A stretch of 32,000 nt of DNA, from the sequence record MZ089737.1; one strand, given 5' to 3'. Below, piece by piece: positions 1 to 9,546 of the stretch. The translations under genes were made by a program, and so were the position numbers. The first letter of the stretch is position 1. Every line of letters starts with the position of its first letter. The notes below the pieces were generated by a model. It did no database searches. It saw only the letters and a program-made list of their open reading frames with translations, and was not told where the DNA came from. Source of the DNA: Pseudomonas phage PSA28.

Positions 1-10
1 CCAACAGCTG

Positions 11-502
11 ATGGACTTCAAGGCTATCCGTGAGGCCGTGGCCGACAACCTGACCCGCCTGATACCGCCGATGAAGAACGACCGCTGGCAGGTCATCTTA
101 CACGGGCTCATGCAGAACGCCACTCTGATAGAAGCACCAGAGGAGGCCACGCAAGAGGGTGCGCTGTGGGCTCGACTGCAAAGCTTCCTTGCCAAGGCAG
201 ACCTCGACTCCAAGGGCGACGACCCCGAGGACCGCGACGCGCTCGCGTACGGTACGCCAGTGGTGCAGGTCAGGGATGATAAGCGTGTAGTATACTTCCG
301 TGGTCAGGACTTCCTCGAATACCTCAAGAAGAACCGTGCCGATGAGTTCAAAGGCTCGGCGGTGTGGGTGGCCCTCAAGCAGAAGGGGTGCGAGCACACC
401 AAGCTGCGCGTCAATAAGATGCCGCTTAACGTATGGTACGTGTCGGTCGATGACCTGACCCGTGTGGAGATTAAAGCTAAAGAAGTAAGGAGTGAATTCT
501 AA
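11..502 (+). CDS. C-terminal part of a probable phage primase/helicase-type protein (frame is open upstream to the window edge, so probably 5'-truncated)
   Basis: Frame reads QQLMDFKAIREAV... with no stop before base 11; the C-terminal segment ...YLKKNRADEFKGSAVWVALKQKGCEHTKLRVN... resembles the C-terminus of phage primase/helicase proteins; directly upstream of the SF2 helicase. Confidence 0.4.
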   Translation: MDFKAIREAVADNLTRLIPPMKNDRWQVILHGLMQNATLIEAPEEATQEGALWARLQSFLAKADLDSKGDDPEDRDALAYGTPVVQVRDDKRVVYFRGQDFLEYLKKNRADEFKGSAVWVALKQKGCEHTKLRVNKMPLNVWYVSVDDLTRVEIKAKEVRSEF

Positions 503-2337
503 TGTGGGACTTCGCCGTCAAACCGCGCCCCGGCGCGTACATGAATGTAACGATGAACGATAACACCGGGCGCATGCATATCGAGGCGTCCATCTCGTAC
601 AACGACCTAATCCGGGCGTTCCCGAACCGTAAGTTCGAGAAGCGCCGCAGCATCTGGGTAGTGCCTATCATCCGCCGCAACGCCGAGCACCTGCTCAACA
701 ACTGCAAAGGCAAGCCGGGCGTCAACATCGCCGAGGATGTCGAGGACCACTGCCGTCAGGTCATCGAGTCGGCCACCATCACACGCCGCGAGGTGTTCCC
801 TGCGTGGTATGAGTTCAAGACCGAGCCCTTCCCATTCCAGCGTGATGCGCTCGACTTCGCATGGTCATCGCCGCTGGTGGCGTTCTTCATGGAGATGGGG
901 ACCGGGAAGTCCAAGACCCTCATCGACCTCGCTTGCGCCCGGTTCAAGGCCCGGCTCATCAACGCGGTCATAGTCTACTGCCCCGTGCCGCTGCGCTCCA
1001 ACTGGGTGGCCGAGTTCGGCATCCATGGCTCGGTCCCGTATGAGACGTTCATCTGCGACACCACCATGAGCAACTTTGAGAAGAAGGCCAAGGCGTTTAA
1101 TGACGCGGACTTCGGATATAACAAGCTTAAGGTGTTCATCGTCGGCATCGAGTCATTCAGTCAGGGCCTGAGTAAGGGCAAGGCGTTCGGGGCCACCATG
1201 CAATTCGCCCGGTCGCATCAGGCCATGCAAGCGGTCGATGAGTCCCATAAGATTAAAGGCCACGACGCATCACGCGCCATCAACGTCGAGGTGCTGGGGC
1301 GTGAGGCCAAGTATAAGGCCATCATGTCCGGGTCCCCGGTGTCGCTCGGGCCGACCGACCTGTATCAGCAGTTCCAGTTCCTGTCCCCGGACATCATCGG
1401 CCTCGGTGACTTCTATTCGTTCCAAGCCCGGTACTGTGAAAAGGGCGGGTTCCAGAACAAGCAGACGATAGGATACCAGAACATCGATGAACTGATGGAG
1501 ATAGTGAAGCCGTTCGTGTTCCAAGTCAAGAAGGAAGACGTACTGACCGACCTCCCGGCCAAGATGTTCACTAAGGTGGAGGTGGAGTTGACCAAGGAGC
1601 AGAAGGACCTCTACGCCCAAATCAAGAAAGAGCGCTGCGCGGACCTGTCCAAGCTGCTGGCCTCCCGCAACGGGGCCATTACCGAGTCGTTCATCGAGCT
1701 GGTCTGCGAGAACGTGCTGGCCGCATATACCGCCCTGCAGCAGATTTGTGCCGGGTACGTGTCCTACTGGGAGCTTGACGACCCGGAGGACGAGAACAGC
1801 AAGCGCCACCGCGAGCGGGTGCGTGTCATCGAGCCCGAGAAGAACCCGAAGATTGCCTATCTGCTGGAGTTCATCGAGGAGAACAAAGGTCATCCGCTCA
1901 TCATCTGGGCCAAGTTCCGCCCGGAGATAGCCGATATCGTGGAGGCGCTCACCGCCCGATATGGGGAGGACATGGTCTGCCAGTACCACGGCGGCCTGAA
2001 CCCGGCAGAGCGAGACGAGCAAAAGGCCAAGTTCCTCGATACCGATGCGCAGTTCTTTGTCTCCAACCAGCAGACCGGGGGCACGGGCCTGACCCTGAAC
2101 AAGGCAAGCCGCACGTTCTACATGTCCAACAGTTTCATTCTGGTGGACCGCATGCAGTCGGAGGACCGCAACCACCGTATCGGTCAGAAAAACTCCGTCC
2201 TGTACGCTGACGTAGTGGCCAAGGGAACGGTAGACGAGACCATCCTGCAAGCCATCCGCGACAAGAAGGACCTCGCGGCATACGTGCGGGATTGCATGGA
2301 GCGCTCCCCTGCTGAACTGTTGGCCCTGCTGGGCTAG
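502..2337 (+). CDS. SF2 (SNF2/DEAD-like) DNA helicase
   Basis: Walker A MGTGKSKTLIDLA, DESH box (QAVDESHKIKG), motif III-like SGSP, C-terminal QQTGGTGLTLNKAS...DRMQSEDRNHRIGQ typical of SNF2-type helicases. Confidence 0.92.
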   Translation: MWDFAVKPRPGAYMNVTMNDNTGRMHIEASISYNDLIRAFPNRKFEKRRSIWVVPIIRRNAEHLLNNCKGKPGVNIAEDVEDHCRQVIESATITRREVFPAWYEFKTEPFPFQRDALDFAWSSPLVAFFMEMGTGKSKTLIDLACARFKARLINAVIVYCPVPLRSNWVAEFGIHGSVPYETFICDTTMSNFEKKAKAFNDADFGYNKLKVFIVGIESFSQGLSKGKAFGATMQFARSHQAMQAVDESHKIKGHDASRAINVEVLGREAKYKAIMSGSPVSLGPTDLYQQFQFLSPDIIGLGDFYSFQARYCEKGGFQNKQTIGYQNIDELMEIVKPFVFQVKKEDVLTDLPAKMFTKVEVELTKEQKDLYAQIKKERCADLSKLLASRNGAITESFIELVCENVLAAYTALQQICAGYVSYWELDDPEDENSKRHRERVRVIEPEKNPKIAYLLEFIEENKGHPLIIWAKFRPEIADIVEALTARYGEDMVCQYHGGLNPAERDEQKAKFLDTDAQFFVSNQQTGGTGLTLNKASRTFYMSNSFILVDRMQSEDRNHRIGQKNSVLYADVVAKGTVDETILQAIRDKKDLAAYVRDCMERSPAELLALLG

Positions 2338-2363
2338 ACAACGAGGGCCCGGTGTGGTATACT
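2335..2363 (+). promoter_or_regulatory. sigma70-type promoter (TAGACA-N17-TATACT)
   Basis: -35 TAGACA 2335-2340 overlapping the helicase stop, 17-nt spacer, -10 TATACT 2358-2363; GGGCCC flanks both sides of the -10 region. Confidence 0.6.
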
Positions 2364-2390
2364 GGGCCCCTACAATACAGGAGATAAGAG

Positions 2391-2768
2391 ATGACCGATA
2401 AACAGACCAAAGTTTTCGTCGTACAGGAAAACCCGAACCTCAACTATACACCTGCTGAGCGCTACGGCGAGGTTGTTTTTCTGACAGCCATCGAATTCAG
2501 CCCGATGAAGAACAGCCCACGCAACGCGGCGGTGCTGGAGACCATCGAAACGGCCATGAAGCACTTCGACCCGAGCAAGGACTACCTCCTGCTGTCGGGC
2601 AATCCTATCATCATGGGCTATGTGTTCCACCTCGCCATGTCCAAGGCCACAGAGGTCCGAGTGCTATGGTGGTCCCGTGATGACCGTAAATACACCGAGG
2701 TCCTGTTCAACCCGGACTTCATTAAATCGGTCGGCATCCCGACCATCCCCGTGACTTACAAAAAGTGA
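2391..2768 (+). CDS. hypothetical early protein (125 aa)
   Basis: ORF directly downstream of a promoter, with AGGAGATAAGAG leader before ATG. Confidence 0.75.
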   Translation: MTDKQTKVFVVQENPNLNYTPAERYGEVVFLTAIEFSPMKNSPRNAAVLETIETAMKHFDPSKDYLLLSGNPIIMGYVFHLAMSKATEVRVLWWSRDDRKYTEVLFNPDFIKSVGIPTIPVTYKK

Positions 2769-2776
2769 GATTAGAG

Positions 2777-3307
2777 ATGACAGAGCAAACCGTAGACAAA
2801 GCAGCGCCAGCAGACAACAGCGTACTGGCCCAGATTGGCCGCACCTCCGAACATCTGCGCCAGCTGTGCGAGATGTATCAGGTCGATTCCGTTGCGGACA
2901 AGATGCGCACCGCTGACCTCAAAACGCTGGCCATGATTCACCAGCAGCTTAACGAACTGACCGACCACATCGACGAAAGCCGCAAGATGTTGTCCAAGAC
3001 GTTTGACTGGCTGCGCCACAGCCTGATGATTGACAAGATGGACGAGGCCGGACTCGAAGCATTCAGCGTGCCGGGCGTCGGTCGTGTCTACATCCAGTCG
3101 AGCCTTAACGCTTCGATTAAGGCCGGGGCAAAAGATGGGGCCTACCTGTGGCTGCAGGACCACGGCCACGGAGACCTCATTCAGGAGACGGTCAACTCGT
3201 CCAGCCTAAAGGCTCTGGCCAGAACCAAGCTGGCGGATAACGACCCGCTCCCGGCTGAGCTGTTCAACGTGTCGCCTAAGCAGTTCGCCGTCATCCAGAA
3301 GAAGTGA
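2777..3307 (+). CDS. conserved-looking phage protein of unknown function (176 aa)
   Basis: ATG 2777 preceded by GAGATTAGAG; long ORF in the collinear gene series. Confidence 0.75.
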   Translation: MTEQTVDKAAPADNSVLAQIGRTSEHLRQLCEMYQVDSVADKMRTADLKTLAMIHQQLNELTDHIDESRKMLSKTFDWLRHSLMIDKMDEAGLEAFSVPGVGRVYIQSSLNASIKAGAKDGAYLWLQDHGHGDLIQETVNSSSLKALARTKLADNDPLPAELFNVSPKQFAVIQKK

Positions 3308-3330
3308 CCCGTTGGGGCAAAAGGCATATA

Positions 3331-3385
3331 TTGCATACCCGCTGATGGTATGCTATAATGAAGTTTCTGGCGGGATGGTCCCGCC
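3331..3385 (+). promoter_or_regulatory. promoter + 5' hairpin cassette 1
   Basis: TTGCAT(3331-3336)-N17-TATAAT(3354-3359), then perfect 7-bp hairpin GGCGGGA-TGG-TCCCGCC (3369-3385), start of the gene at 3421. Confidence 0.8.
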
Positions 3386-3420
3386 GACATCAACCAACAG
3401 AGCAACCAGAGGATTTAATC

Positions 3421-3693
3421 ATGGAAAAAGCGACCAAACTGACTATCGTACTGCAAGCCACTAACGTGGAAGCGTTCAAAAACCGTTCTATCGCTGATGC
3501 TGGCGTGCTGGAGCTGGCGGCTAAGGTCGTTGAAGCTGGTCAGGAGCACGGCTTCGGTACTGCGTCTGCACCGACCATCTTTAAGGTGAACGGTGAGAAA
3601 GTGAAAGCGTACACCAACAAAGGTGGCGACATCACCGTGGCGCTGACTGGCATCCACGCCGAGCCGCCTAAAAACGCACCGATCGAGCTGTAA
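3421..3693 (+). CDS. hypothetical small early protein (90 aa)
   Basis: ORF downstream of the promoter-hairpin cassette; leader AGAGCAACCAGAGG. Confidence 0.75.
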   Translation: MEKATKLTIVLQATNVEAFKNRSIADAGVLELAAKVVEAGQEHGFGTASAPTIFKVNGEKVKAYTNKGGDITVALTGIHAEPPKNAPIEL

Positions 3694-3700
3694 TGCTGGT

Positions 3701-3721
3701 GGGGGCCTTGTAGGGGCCCCC
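3701..3721 (+). terminator. GC-rich stem-loop after the gene (terminator- or processing-like)
   Basis: GGGGGCC-ttgtagg-GGCCCCC perfect 7-bp stem, 7 nt after the stop codon; no U-tract. Confidence 0.4.
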
Positions 3722-3800
3722 TAAAAATACCCTGCTAGAATCGTGAATCAAGAACCATCCCTGTGCAATAGCACTCAACCATAGATAAGAGATAAACAAC

Positions 3801-4562
3801 ATGGCCGGAAAGAAAAACGAAGTAGCAACCACCGAAGGTTTCGACGTATCTACCCTGTCTGCAGGTGCTGTACCTGACTTCCTGAAAGACAAGATGGGCG
3901 AAGGTCGCGGCAACGAAGGTGTATCCTCCGACGACATGACAGTGCCACGTCTCGAACTGGTGCAGTCCCTGTCCGAAGTCCGTAAAAAGGCTTCCCCGAA
4001 CTACATCGAAGGCATCCAAGAGGGCGACCTCTACAACAACGTGACCCGTGAAGTCTACGGCGAGTCAGTGCTGTTCGTCCCGGTGACGTTCAACAAAGAA
4101 TATCTGCTGTGGCGTGACCAGAAGCAGGGCGGCGGATTCGGCGGCTCCTTCGCGACCGAAGAAGAAGCCGAGGGCGTGCGCTCCACCATGGAGAAGCCGG
4201 AAGAGTGGGAAGTAGTAGACACCCCGCAGCACTTCGGCCTCATCATCTCCGAATCCACTGGTCAGGTCATCGAAGCCGTGGTGTCCATGGCGAAGTCCAA
4301 GGCTCGTGTCTCCCGTAAGTTCAACAGTCTGGTCCGCCTGAACGGTGGCGACCGCTTCTCTCGCATCTACCGCATCCGTGGTGTGAGCGACCAGAACAAG
4401 GCCGGGCAGGACTTCTTCAACCTCGCTATCGACCCGGTGGCGTTCGTCAACGAAGCGCTCTATCGCCGTGCTGAGAAGTTCTACGACCTGCTGATGTCTG
4501 GTAAGGTAGTGGCAGACCGTACGTTCGATGCCGAGAGCACCGAAGACAACAACGACATGTAA
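3801..4562 (+). CDS. hypothetical protein in the replication region (253 aa), possible DNA-binding/replication accessory
   Basis: Long ORF with acidic C-terminus (ESTEDNNDM) next to helicase genes; family not recognised with confidence. Confidence 0.7.
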   Translation: MAGKKNEVATTEGFDVSTLSAGAVPDFLKDKMGEGRGNEGVSSDDMTVPRLELVQSLSEVRKKASPNYIEGIQEGDLYNNVTREVYGESVLFVPVTFNKEYLLWRDQKQGGGFGGSFATEEEAEGVRSTMEKPEEWEVVDTPQHFGLIISESTGQVIEAVVSMAKSKARVSRKFNSLVRLNGGDRFSRIYRIRGVSDQNKAGQDFFNLAIDPVAFVNEALYRRAEKFYDLLMSGKVVADRTFDAESTEDNNDM

Positions 4563-4592
4563 GGCAGTACCAACGGGACTAATAACCCCCTT

Positions 4593-4612
4593 CGGCCCCG
4601 GAAACGGGGCCG
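4593..4612 (+). terminator. perfect 8-bp hairpin with GAAA tetraloop
   Basis: CGGCCCCG-GAAA-CGGGGCCG between the genes at 3801 and 4633; no U-tract. Confidence 0.4.
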
Positions 4613-4632
4613 CTACTTAAGAGAGATACAAT

Positions 4633-6111
4633 ATGAACCAATACGTAGCCATCTACGGACCTCCGGGCACAGGTAAATCCACCGAGGTCATCCGCCGCTT
4701 CTCAAAACTCCTCGATGACGGCGTGGACCCGAACCGCATCGGGTTGGTTTCATTCACAAAGGCCGCAGCCAAAGAGCTGGCCAACCGCATCGGCATCGAC
4801 ACCCCCAACATCGCCACCATTCACAGCTACTGCTACCGACTGCTCGGCCTGACCAAGCAACAGGTCATCGGCTGGTCCCACATGAAAGAGTTCGAGAAGG
4901 TGGTGGGCATCGAAATCCGTGGCGACAACCCGGACGAAGAGGAAGAACTCTGCGAGGGTGACATCTACCTGACCCTGTACGGCCTCGCGCACGCCCGTAT
5001 GACCTCGTACGAGGAGACCTACGACAACTCGGACCAACCCGGCTCCCGTGACCGCTTCATCTACTTCGCCCAAACCTACGACAACTGGAAAAACGCATAT
5101 GGCTACGTTGACTTCTCGGACATGCTTGGTGGTGCTCTTGACATCCCTGCTCCTCGGCTCGACTGGTTGTTCGTCGATGAAGCCCAAGACCTCTCCCCTC
5201 TACAATGGTCGGTTATTAGACATTGGGCGGGAGCTATTAGCAACATCACCATCGCTGGCGACGATGACCAAGCCATCTACGTATGGGGCGGGGCGGACCC
5301 GGACGGTATGCACCGTTTCGAGCAGGAGTATGGGGCCGACCGCGTCGTACTCGGACAAAGTTATCGAGTGCCGCAACTAGCCCACAAGCTGGCCGAGCGT
5401 GTCATCACTCTGGTATCATCGCGTGTCGATAAAGAATACCTGCCACGTGACGAAGTCGGGGACATCCGCCATCATAACGGGCCGCACTCACTGCGACTTG
5501 AGCACGGCGTCGACACTCTGGTGCTATACCGCAGTCACTACATGCGCAAGGAGGTCGAAGACTACCTCATCCAGCGCAAAATCCCATATGTCACCGACTC
5601 GGGCCGTCCGGGTCTGCTGCAAGGCACTGTGGCCGCATCGCTGCGCCTGATGAAAAAGATGAGAGAGAACATCGAGCACCTCGACAAGCCAGCCCTGACC
5701 GACGCCGAGTTCCGCATCCTGCGCCGAAACATGACCCATCTGGCCATCGCCCACGTGGACGCCGAGAGGTGGGACAAACTGGTGGAGCGCCGACCGTGGG
5801 ACCACCTCAAGCTGGGCGGACCGTGGCTGGCCTACCTGCAAGCCATCGAGAAGAACTACGGGATGGAGGTCAAGCCAACCATCCACCTGTCCACCATCCA
5901 CGGCTCAAAAGGCCGACAGGCCGAGCGTGTGGTGCTAATCAATGACGTTAGTGCCAAGACCGCCAACAACATGGACAACCGCGACGGCTTCGATGCCGAG
6001 ATGCGTACATTCTATGTTGGCGTCACCCGTACCAAGAACATGCTGGACATCGTCCACGGGGATAACGCCCTGCCCGTACTGATGAAACCCGTACATAAGG
6101 ACACCGAATAA
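4633..6111 (+). CDS. SF1 (UvrD/Rep-like) DNA helicase
   Basis: IYGPPGTGKSTEV Walker A, LVSFTKAAAKELANRIG, FVDEAQDLSPLQW, GDDDQAIYVWGGA, TIHGSKGRQAERVVLIND, FYVGVTRTKNMLDI. Confidence 0.93.
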   Translation: MNQYVAIYGPPGTGKSTEVIRRFSKLLDDGVDPNRIGLVSFTKAAAKELANRIGIDTPNIATIHSYCYRLLGLTKQQVIGWSHMKEFEKVVGIEIRGDNPDEEEELCEGDIYLTLYGLAHARMTSYEETYDNSDQPGSRDRFIYFAQTYDNWKNAYGYVDFSDMLGGALDIPAPRLDWLFVDEAQDLSPLQWSVIRHWAGAISNITIAGDDDQAIYVWGGADPDGMHRFEQEYGADRVVLGQSYRVPQLAHKLAERVITLVSSRVDKEYLPRDEVGDIRHHNGPHSLRLEHGVDTLVLYRSHYMRKEVEDYLIQRKIPYVTDSGRPGLLQGTVAASLRLMKKMRENIEHLDKPALTDAEFRILRRNMTHLAIAHVDAERWDKLVERRPWDHLKLGGPWLAYLQAIEKNYGMEVKPTIHLSTIHGSKGRQAERVVLINDVSAKTANNMDNRDGFDAEMRTFYVGVTRTKNMLDIVHGDNALPVLMKPVHKDTE

Positions 6112-7988
6112 TGGCTATCTTCCCGAGACTCGAAAACTACGATGTGGTCGCTATCGATACCGAGACCACCGGGCTGGATTGGTTCCGTGGGGATAAGCCA
6201 TTCGGCGTGGCTATCGCCCTGCCTAACGGGTACAGCGAGTATTACGACATCCGTAAGGACCTCGCCGCATACCAGTGGCTCCGCGAGTCAGTGCCAAAAA
6301 TCCGCCGCCCGGTCAACCACAACATGAAGTTCGATATCCACATGTTGCGACAGGTAGACGTGATGGTCAACACCCGCAAGGCCGAGTGCACCCAAATCCG
6401 TGCGGCGCTCATCAACGAGCACCTGATGAGCTACAGCCTCGACTCGCTGGCCAAGAAGTACCTAAAGGCCGAAAAGGTCGATGATATCTATGAGGAGCTG
6501 TCCAAGCTGTTCGGCGGCCCGGCCACTCGTAAGGCACAGGCCCCTAACTTCCACCGTGCGCCTGAGTCCATGATGCGCCGCTATGCCAAGGTCGATGCCG
6601 AGTTAGCCCTGCAGCTATGGCAGTGGCAGGAGGAGGAAATCGCCCGGCAGGACCTGCACGAGGTATGGCGTCTTGAGATGCGTTTGCAGCCCCACGTCAT
6701 CGAGTCCGAGCGTGTCGGTATCCGCGCAGACGAAGAACTGGCCCATAAGCGTATCGACGACCTGACCAAAATCGTGGACAAGACCCGCAAGGAGATTAAC
6801 CAACTCGCTGGCTTCGAGGTCAACCCGAACCCGTCAGGGTCCATCAAGAAGCTGTTCGCGCCGTACAAAGAGGGCGACCAGTGGTACGCCAAGGATGGGA
6901 CGCCAATCGACACCACCGACGCCGGGCAGCCGTCGCTCGGGGCTGATGCCCTGAAACGTATCAAGCACCCGGCAGCCGCGCTCATCCTTAAGTGCCGCAA
7001 GATGATAAAGACCCGTGATACCTTTATCTCTGGCCATGTGCTGGGGAACATCGTCAACGGCTATGTGCACCCGAACATCAACCAGACCAAGGGTGAGATG
7101 GGCGGTGACGACTCCGGGACCGAGGGTACTGGTACTGGCCGCCTGTCGTACACGCGCCCGGCCCTGCAGCAAATCCCATCACGTGACAAGGAGGTGGCGG
7201 CACTGGTGCGTCCAATCTTCCTGCCTGATGAGGGCCAGCTGTGGACCTACGGCGACCTCGACCAGCACGAATTCAGGATATTCGCCCACTACGCGAACCC
7301 GAAGAGCCTAATCGATGCGTACGCCGCAAACCCGGACCTCGACATGCACCAAATCGTGGCCGATATGACCGGGATGCCACGCTCGGCCCCCGCCTCGGGT
7401 GGTGCGAACGCCAAGCAAATCAACCTCGCCATGGTGTTTAACATGGGTGGCGGTGAGCTGGCCTCCCAGATGTCCCTACCGTACACGTGGGAAACGGCAG
7501 TATTCAAGGACGAGAACGAGGAGCGCCGATTCAAGAAGGCCGGAGAGGAGGCCCTCGCGGTCATGGAGACGTACTACCGAGCCGTACCGGGTGTGCGTGA
7601 GGTGGCTCGCCGTGCCGGGTCGCTGGCGAAGTCCCGAGGCTACGTGAAGACCATGTACGGGCGCAAGATACGCTTCCCCGGTGGCAAGTTCACGTATAAG
7701 GCGTCCGGTCTGGTGTATCAGGGCACGGCTGCCGACTTCAACAAGCGCAACATCTGCGAGATAGCAGAATATATCGAGTCCGAGTGTCCGCATAACCGCT
7801 TCCTCCTCAATATCCACGACGAATATAGTATGTCGATGCTGGACGAGGGCGACATCACAGTGAAGCACCTGCGCGAGATGAAGCGATTAGTGCAGGATAA
7901 AGGTCTGCGGGTCCCTATCCGCATCGACTTTGGGGGGCTGGCCCCGAACTGGTGGGAAGCGACCAAGATGGACGTCATCACCAAATAA
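6111..7988 (+). CDS. dpoZ: family A DNA polymerase with 3'-5' exonuclease domain (DpoZ-like)
   Basis: ExoI VVAIDTETTGL; polymerase motif A TYGDLDQHEFRIFAHYA; motif B-like NAKQINLAMVFNMGGGELA; motif C LLNIHDEYSM; in the same gene run as purZ. Confidence 0.85.
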   Translation: MAIFPRLENYDVVAIDTETTGLDWFRGDKPFGVAIALPNGYSEYYDIRKDLAAYQWLRESVPKIRRPVNHNMKFDIHMLRQVDVMVNTRKAECTQIRAALINEHLMSYSLDSLAKKYLKAEKVDDIYEELSKLFGGPATRKAQAPNFHRAPESMMRRYAKVDAELALQLWQWQEEEIARQDLHEVWRLEMRLQPHVIESERVGIRADEELAHKRIDDLTKIVDKTRKEINQLAGFEVNPNPSGSIKKLFAPYKEGDQWYAKDGTPIDTTDAGQPSLGADALKRIKHPAAALILKCRKMIKTRDTFISGHVLGNIVNGYVHPNINQTKGEMGGDDSGTEGTGTGRLSYTRPALQQIPSRDKEVAALVRPIFLPDEGQLWTYGDLDQHEFRIFAHYANPKSLIDAYAANPDLDMHQIVADMTGMPRSAPASGGANAKQINLAMVFNMGGGELASQMSLPYTWETAVFKDENEERRFKKAGEEALAVMETYYRAVPGVREVARRAGSLAKSRGYVKTMYGRKIRFPGGKFTYKASGLVYQGTAADFNKRNICEIAEYIESECPHNRFLLNIHDEYSMSMLDEGDITVKHLREMKRLVQDKGLRVPIRIDFGGLAPNWWEATKMDVITK

Positions 7989-8002
7989 GCAAAGAGGGCC
8001 CC

Positions 8003-8032
8003 TTGACCGGTGCCCCAACCGTATGGTATACT
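8003..8032 (+). promoter_or_regulatory. sigma70-type promoter (TTGACC-N18-TATACT)
   Basis: TTGACC 8003-8008, TATACT 8027-8032; spacer carries the GCCCCAAC...TATGG word shared with other promoters of the window. Confidence 0.7.
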
Positions 8033-8066
8033 ATTCCTTTACAGCACGACAACCGGAGATAGAGAG

Positions 8067-8393
8067 ATGGCAGAATACGACAACACCAACCGTGGGGCAC
8101 TGTTCCCCAACGACCGCAAGACGCCCGGAAGCCGCCAGCCTGACTACAAAGGCAGCATCAACATCGAGGGCGTCGAGTACTGGGTGTCCGGTTGGGTAAG
8201 AGACACGACACGTGGCGAAATTGTGTCGATGTCGGTCGAGAAGAAAGAGGGCGGCCCGAGCCGTCCGCAGCAGTCAACCCCACGGGCCCAAGGCCCCCGC
8301 ACTCTGAGCGGCCACCGCGACCCGACCCCGAACGGCACAAGTCAGGCCCAGAACGAACCACCGATGAACTTTGACGACGATATCCCATTCTGA
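8067..8393 (+). CDS. small putative ssDNA-binding/replication accessory protein (108 aa)
   Basis: ATG 8067 preceded by CCGGAGATAGAGAG; protein ends in MNFDDDIPF, an SSB-type acidic/hydrophobic C-terminal tip; between the polymerase and purZ. Confidence 0.7.
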   Translation: MAEYDNTNRGALFPNDRKTPGSRQPDYKGSINIEGVEYWVSGWVRDTTRGEIVSMSVEKKEGGPSRPQQSTPRAQGPRTLSGHRDPTPNGTSQAQNEPPMNFDDDIPF

Positions 8394-8439
8394 GAGCGCT
8401 ATATATTTAACTAACGTGCAGACGCACAGGAGCAATAAA

Positions 8440-9534
8440 ATGACCAAAGCAACTATCGTAGTAGACGCGCAGTTCGGCAGCACTGGCAAGGGTCTCATCG
8501 CCGGGTATCTGGCAGAGCGTGACCGCCCGGATGTGGTGATGACCGCATGGAGTGCCAACGCTGGCCACACCTACATCAACGCCGAAGGGCGTAAGTTCGT
8601 CCATTGTATGCTGGCCAACGGTATCGTGTCACCGTACCTGCGCTACGTGCTGATTGGACCGGGCAGCCAGATGAACGCCGAGCTGCTGCGTGACGAAATC
8701 CTGTCATGTGCCGACATCCTGAAAGGCAAGACCATCCTCCTGCACCGCAACGCTGCACTAATCCTGCAGAAGCACGTAGAGGAAGAGGCTGGCCCGATGA
8801 CCAAAATCGGCTCGACCAAGAAAGGCTGTGGCGCGGCCATGATTGCCAAAATCCGCCGCAACCCGGACGACAACAACACCGTAGGCGGCAACGCCGAATA
8901 CATGGAAGACATCATCTATGCCCCAGTGCGTGCTGTGGGCGTAAACATCCGCACGGCGACCGACGAAGAGTACATGAATGTGGTGTACGACGCGGAGCGC
9001 ATTCAGGTCGAAGGGGCGCAGGGTTTCAGCCTCGGCATCAACAACGGCTTCTACCCGTATGTCACCTCCCGCGAGTGCACCCCGGCACAGGTAGCAGTAG
9101 ACGTCAACCTGCCGCTGAACTTCATCGGTGACGTGGTGGCGTGCATGCGCACTCTGCCGATTCGTGTGGCCAACCGCTACAACGATAAAGGCGAGCAGAT
9201 TGGATGGTCCGGTCCGTGCTACCCTGACCAGCATGAGCTGGACTGGGAGAAGGACCTCGGGATGGAAGCCGAACTCACCACCGTGACCAAGCTCCCGCGC
9301 CGCATCTTCTCCTTCTCCTATGAGCAGACCTTTGCGGCCCTGCGTGTCATCCGCCCGACCTCTATCTTCCTCAACTTCTGCAACTACCGCACAGAGGACG
9401 AGGTGGCCGAGATTGTGGGTAAAATCGAACAGGCAGCACATAACGCCCGTATTCCGGGCCGCATGCCGCTGGTGGAGTTCTTCGGGTACGGTCCGACCGT
9501 CACCGATGTTGAAACCGAGATGCGTGTAGACTAA
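8440..9534 (+). CDS. purZ: PurZ-like adenylosuccinate synthetase homologue (2-aminoadenylosuccinate synthetase)
   Basis: PurA-type P-loop VVDAQFGSTGKGLIAGYLAERDRPDVV, NAGHTYI, KIGSTKKGCGAA, VEGAQGFSLGINNGFYPYVTSRECTPAQ; the PurA catalytic Asp (GDEGKG) is replaced by Ser (GSTGKG), characteristic of PurZ. Confidence 0.93.
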   Translation: MTKATIVVDAQFGSTGKGLIAGYLAERDRPDVVMTAWSANAGHTYINAEGRKFVHCMLANGIVSPYLRYVLIGPGSQMNAELLRDEILSCADILKGKTILLHRNAALILQKHVEEEAGPMTKIGSTKKGCGAAMIAKIRRNPDDNNTVGGNAEYMEDIIYAPVRAVGVNIRTATDEEYMNVVYDAERIQVEGAQGFSLGINNGFYPYVTSRECTPAQVAVDVNLPLNFIGDVVACMRTLPIRVANRYNDKGEQIGWSGPCYPDQHELDWEKDLGMEAELTTVTKLPRRIFSFSYEQTFAALRVIRPTSIFLNFCNYRTEDEVAEIVGKIEQAAHNARIPGRMPLVEFFGYGPTVTDVETEMRVD

Positions 9535-9546
9535 GGGGTAGGGGCC

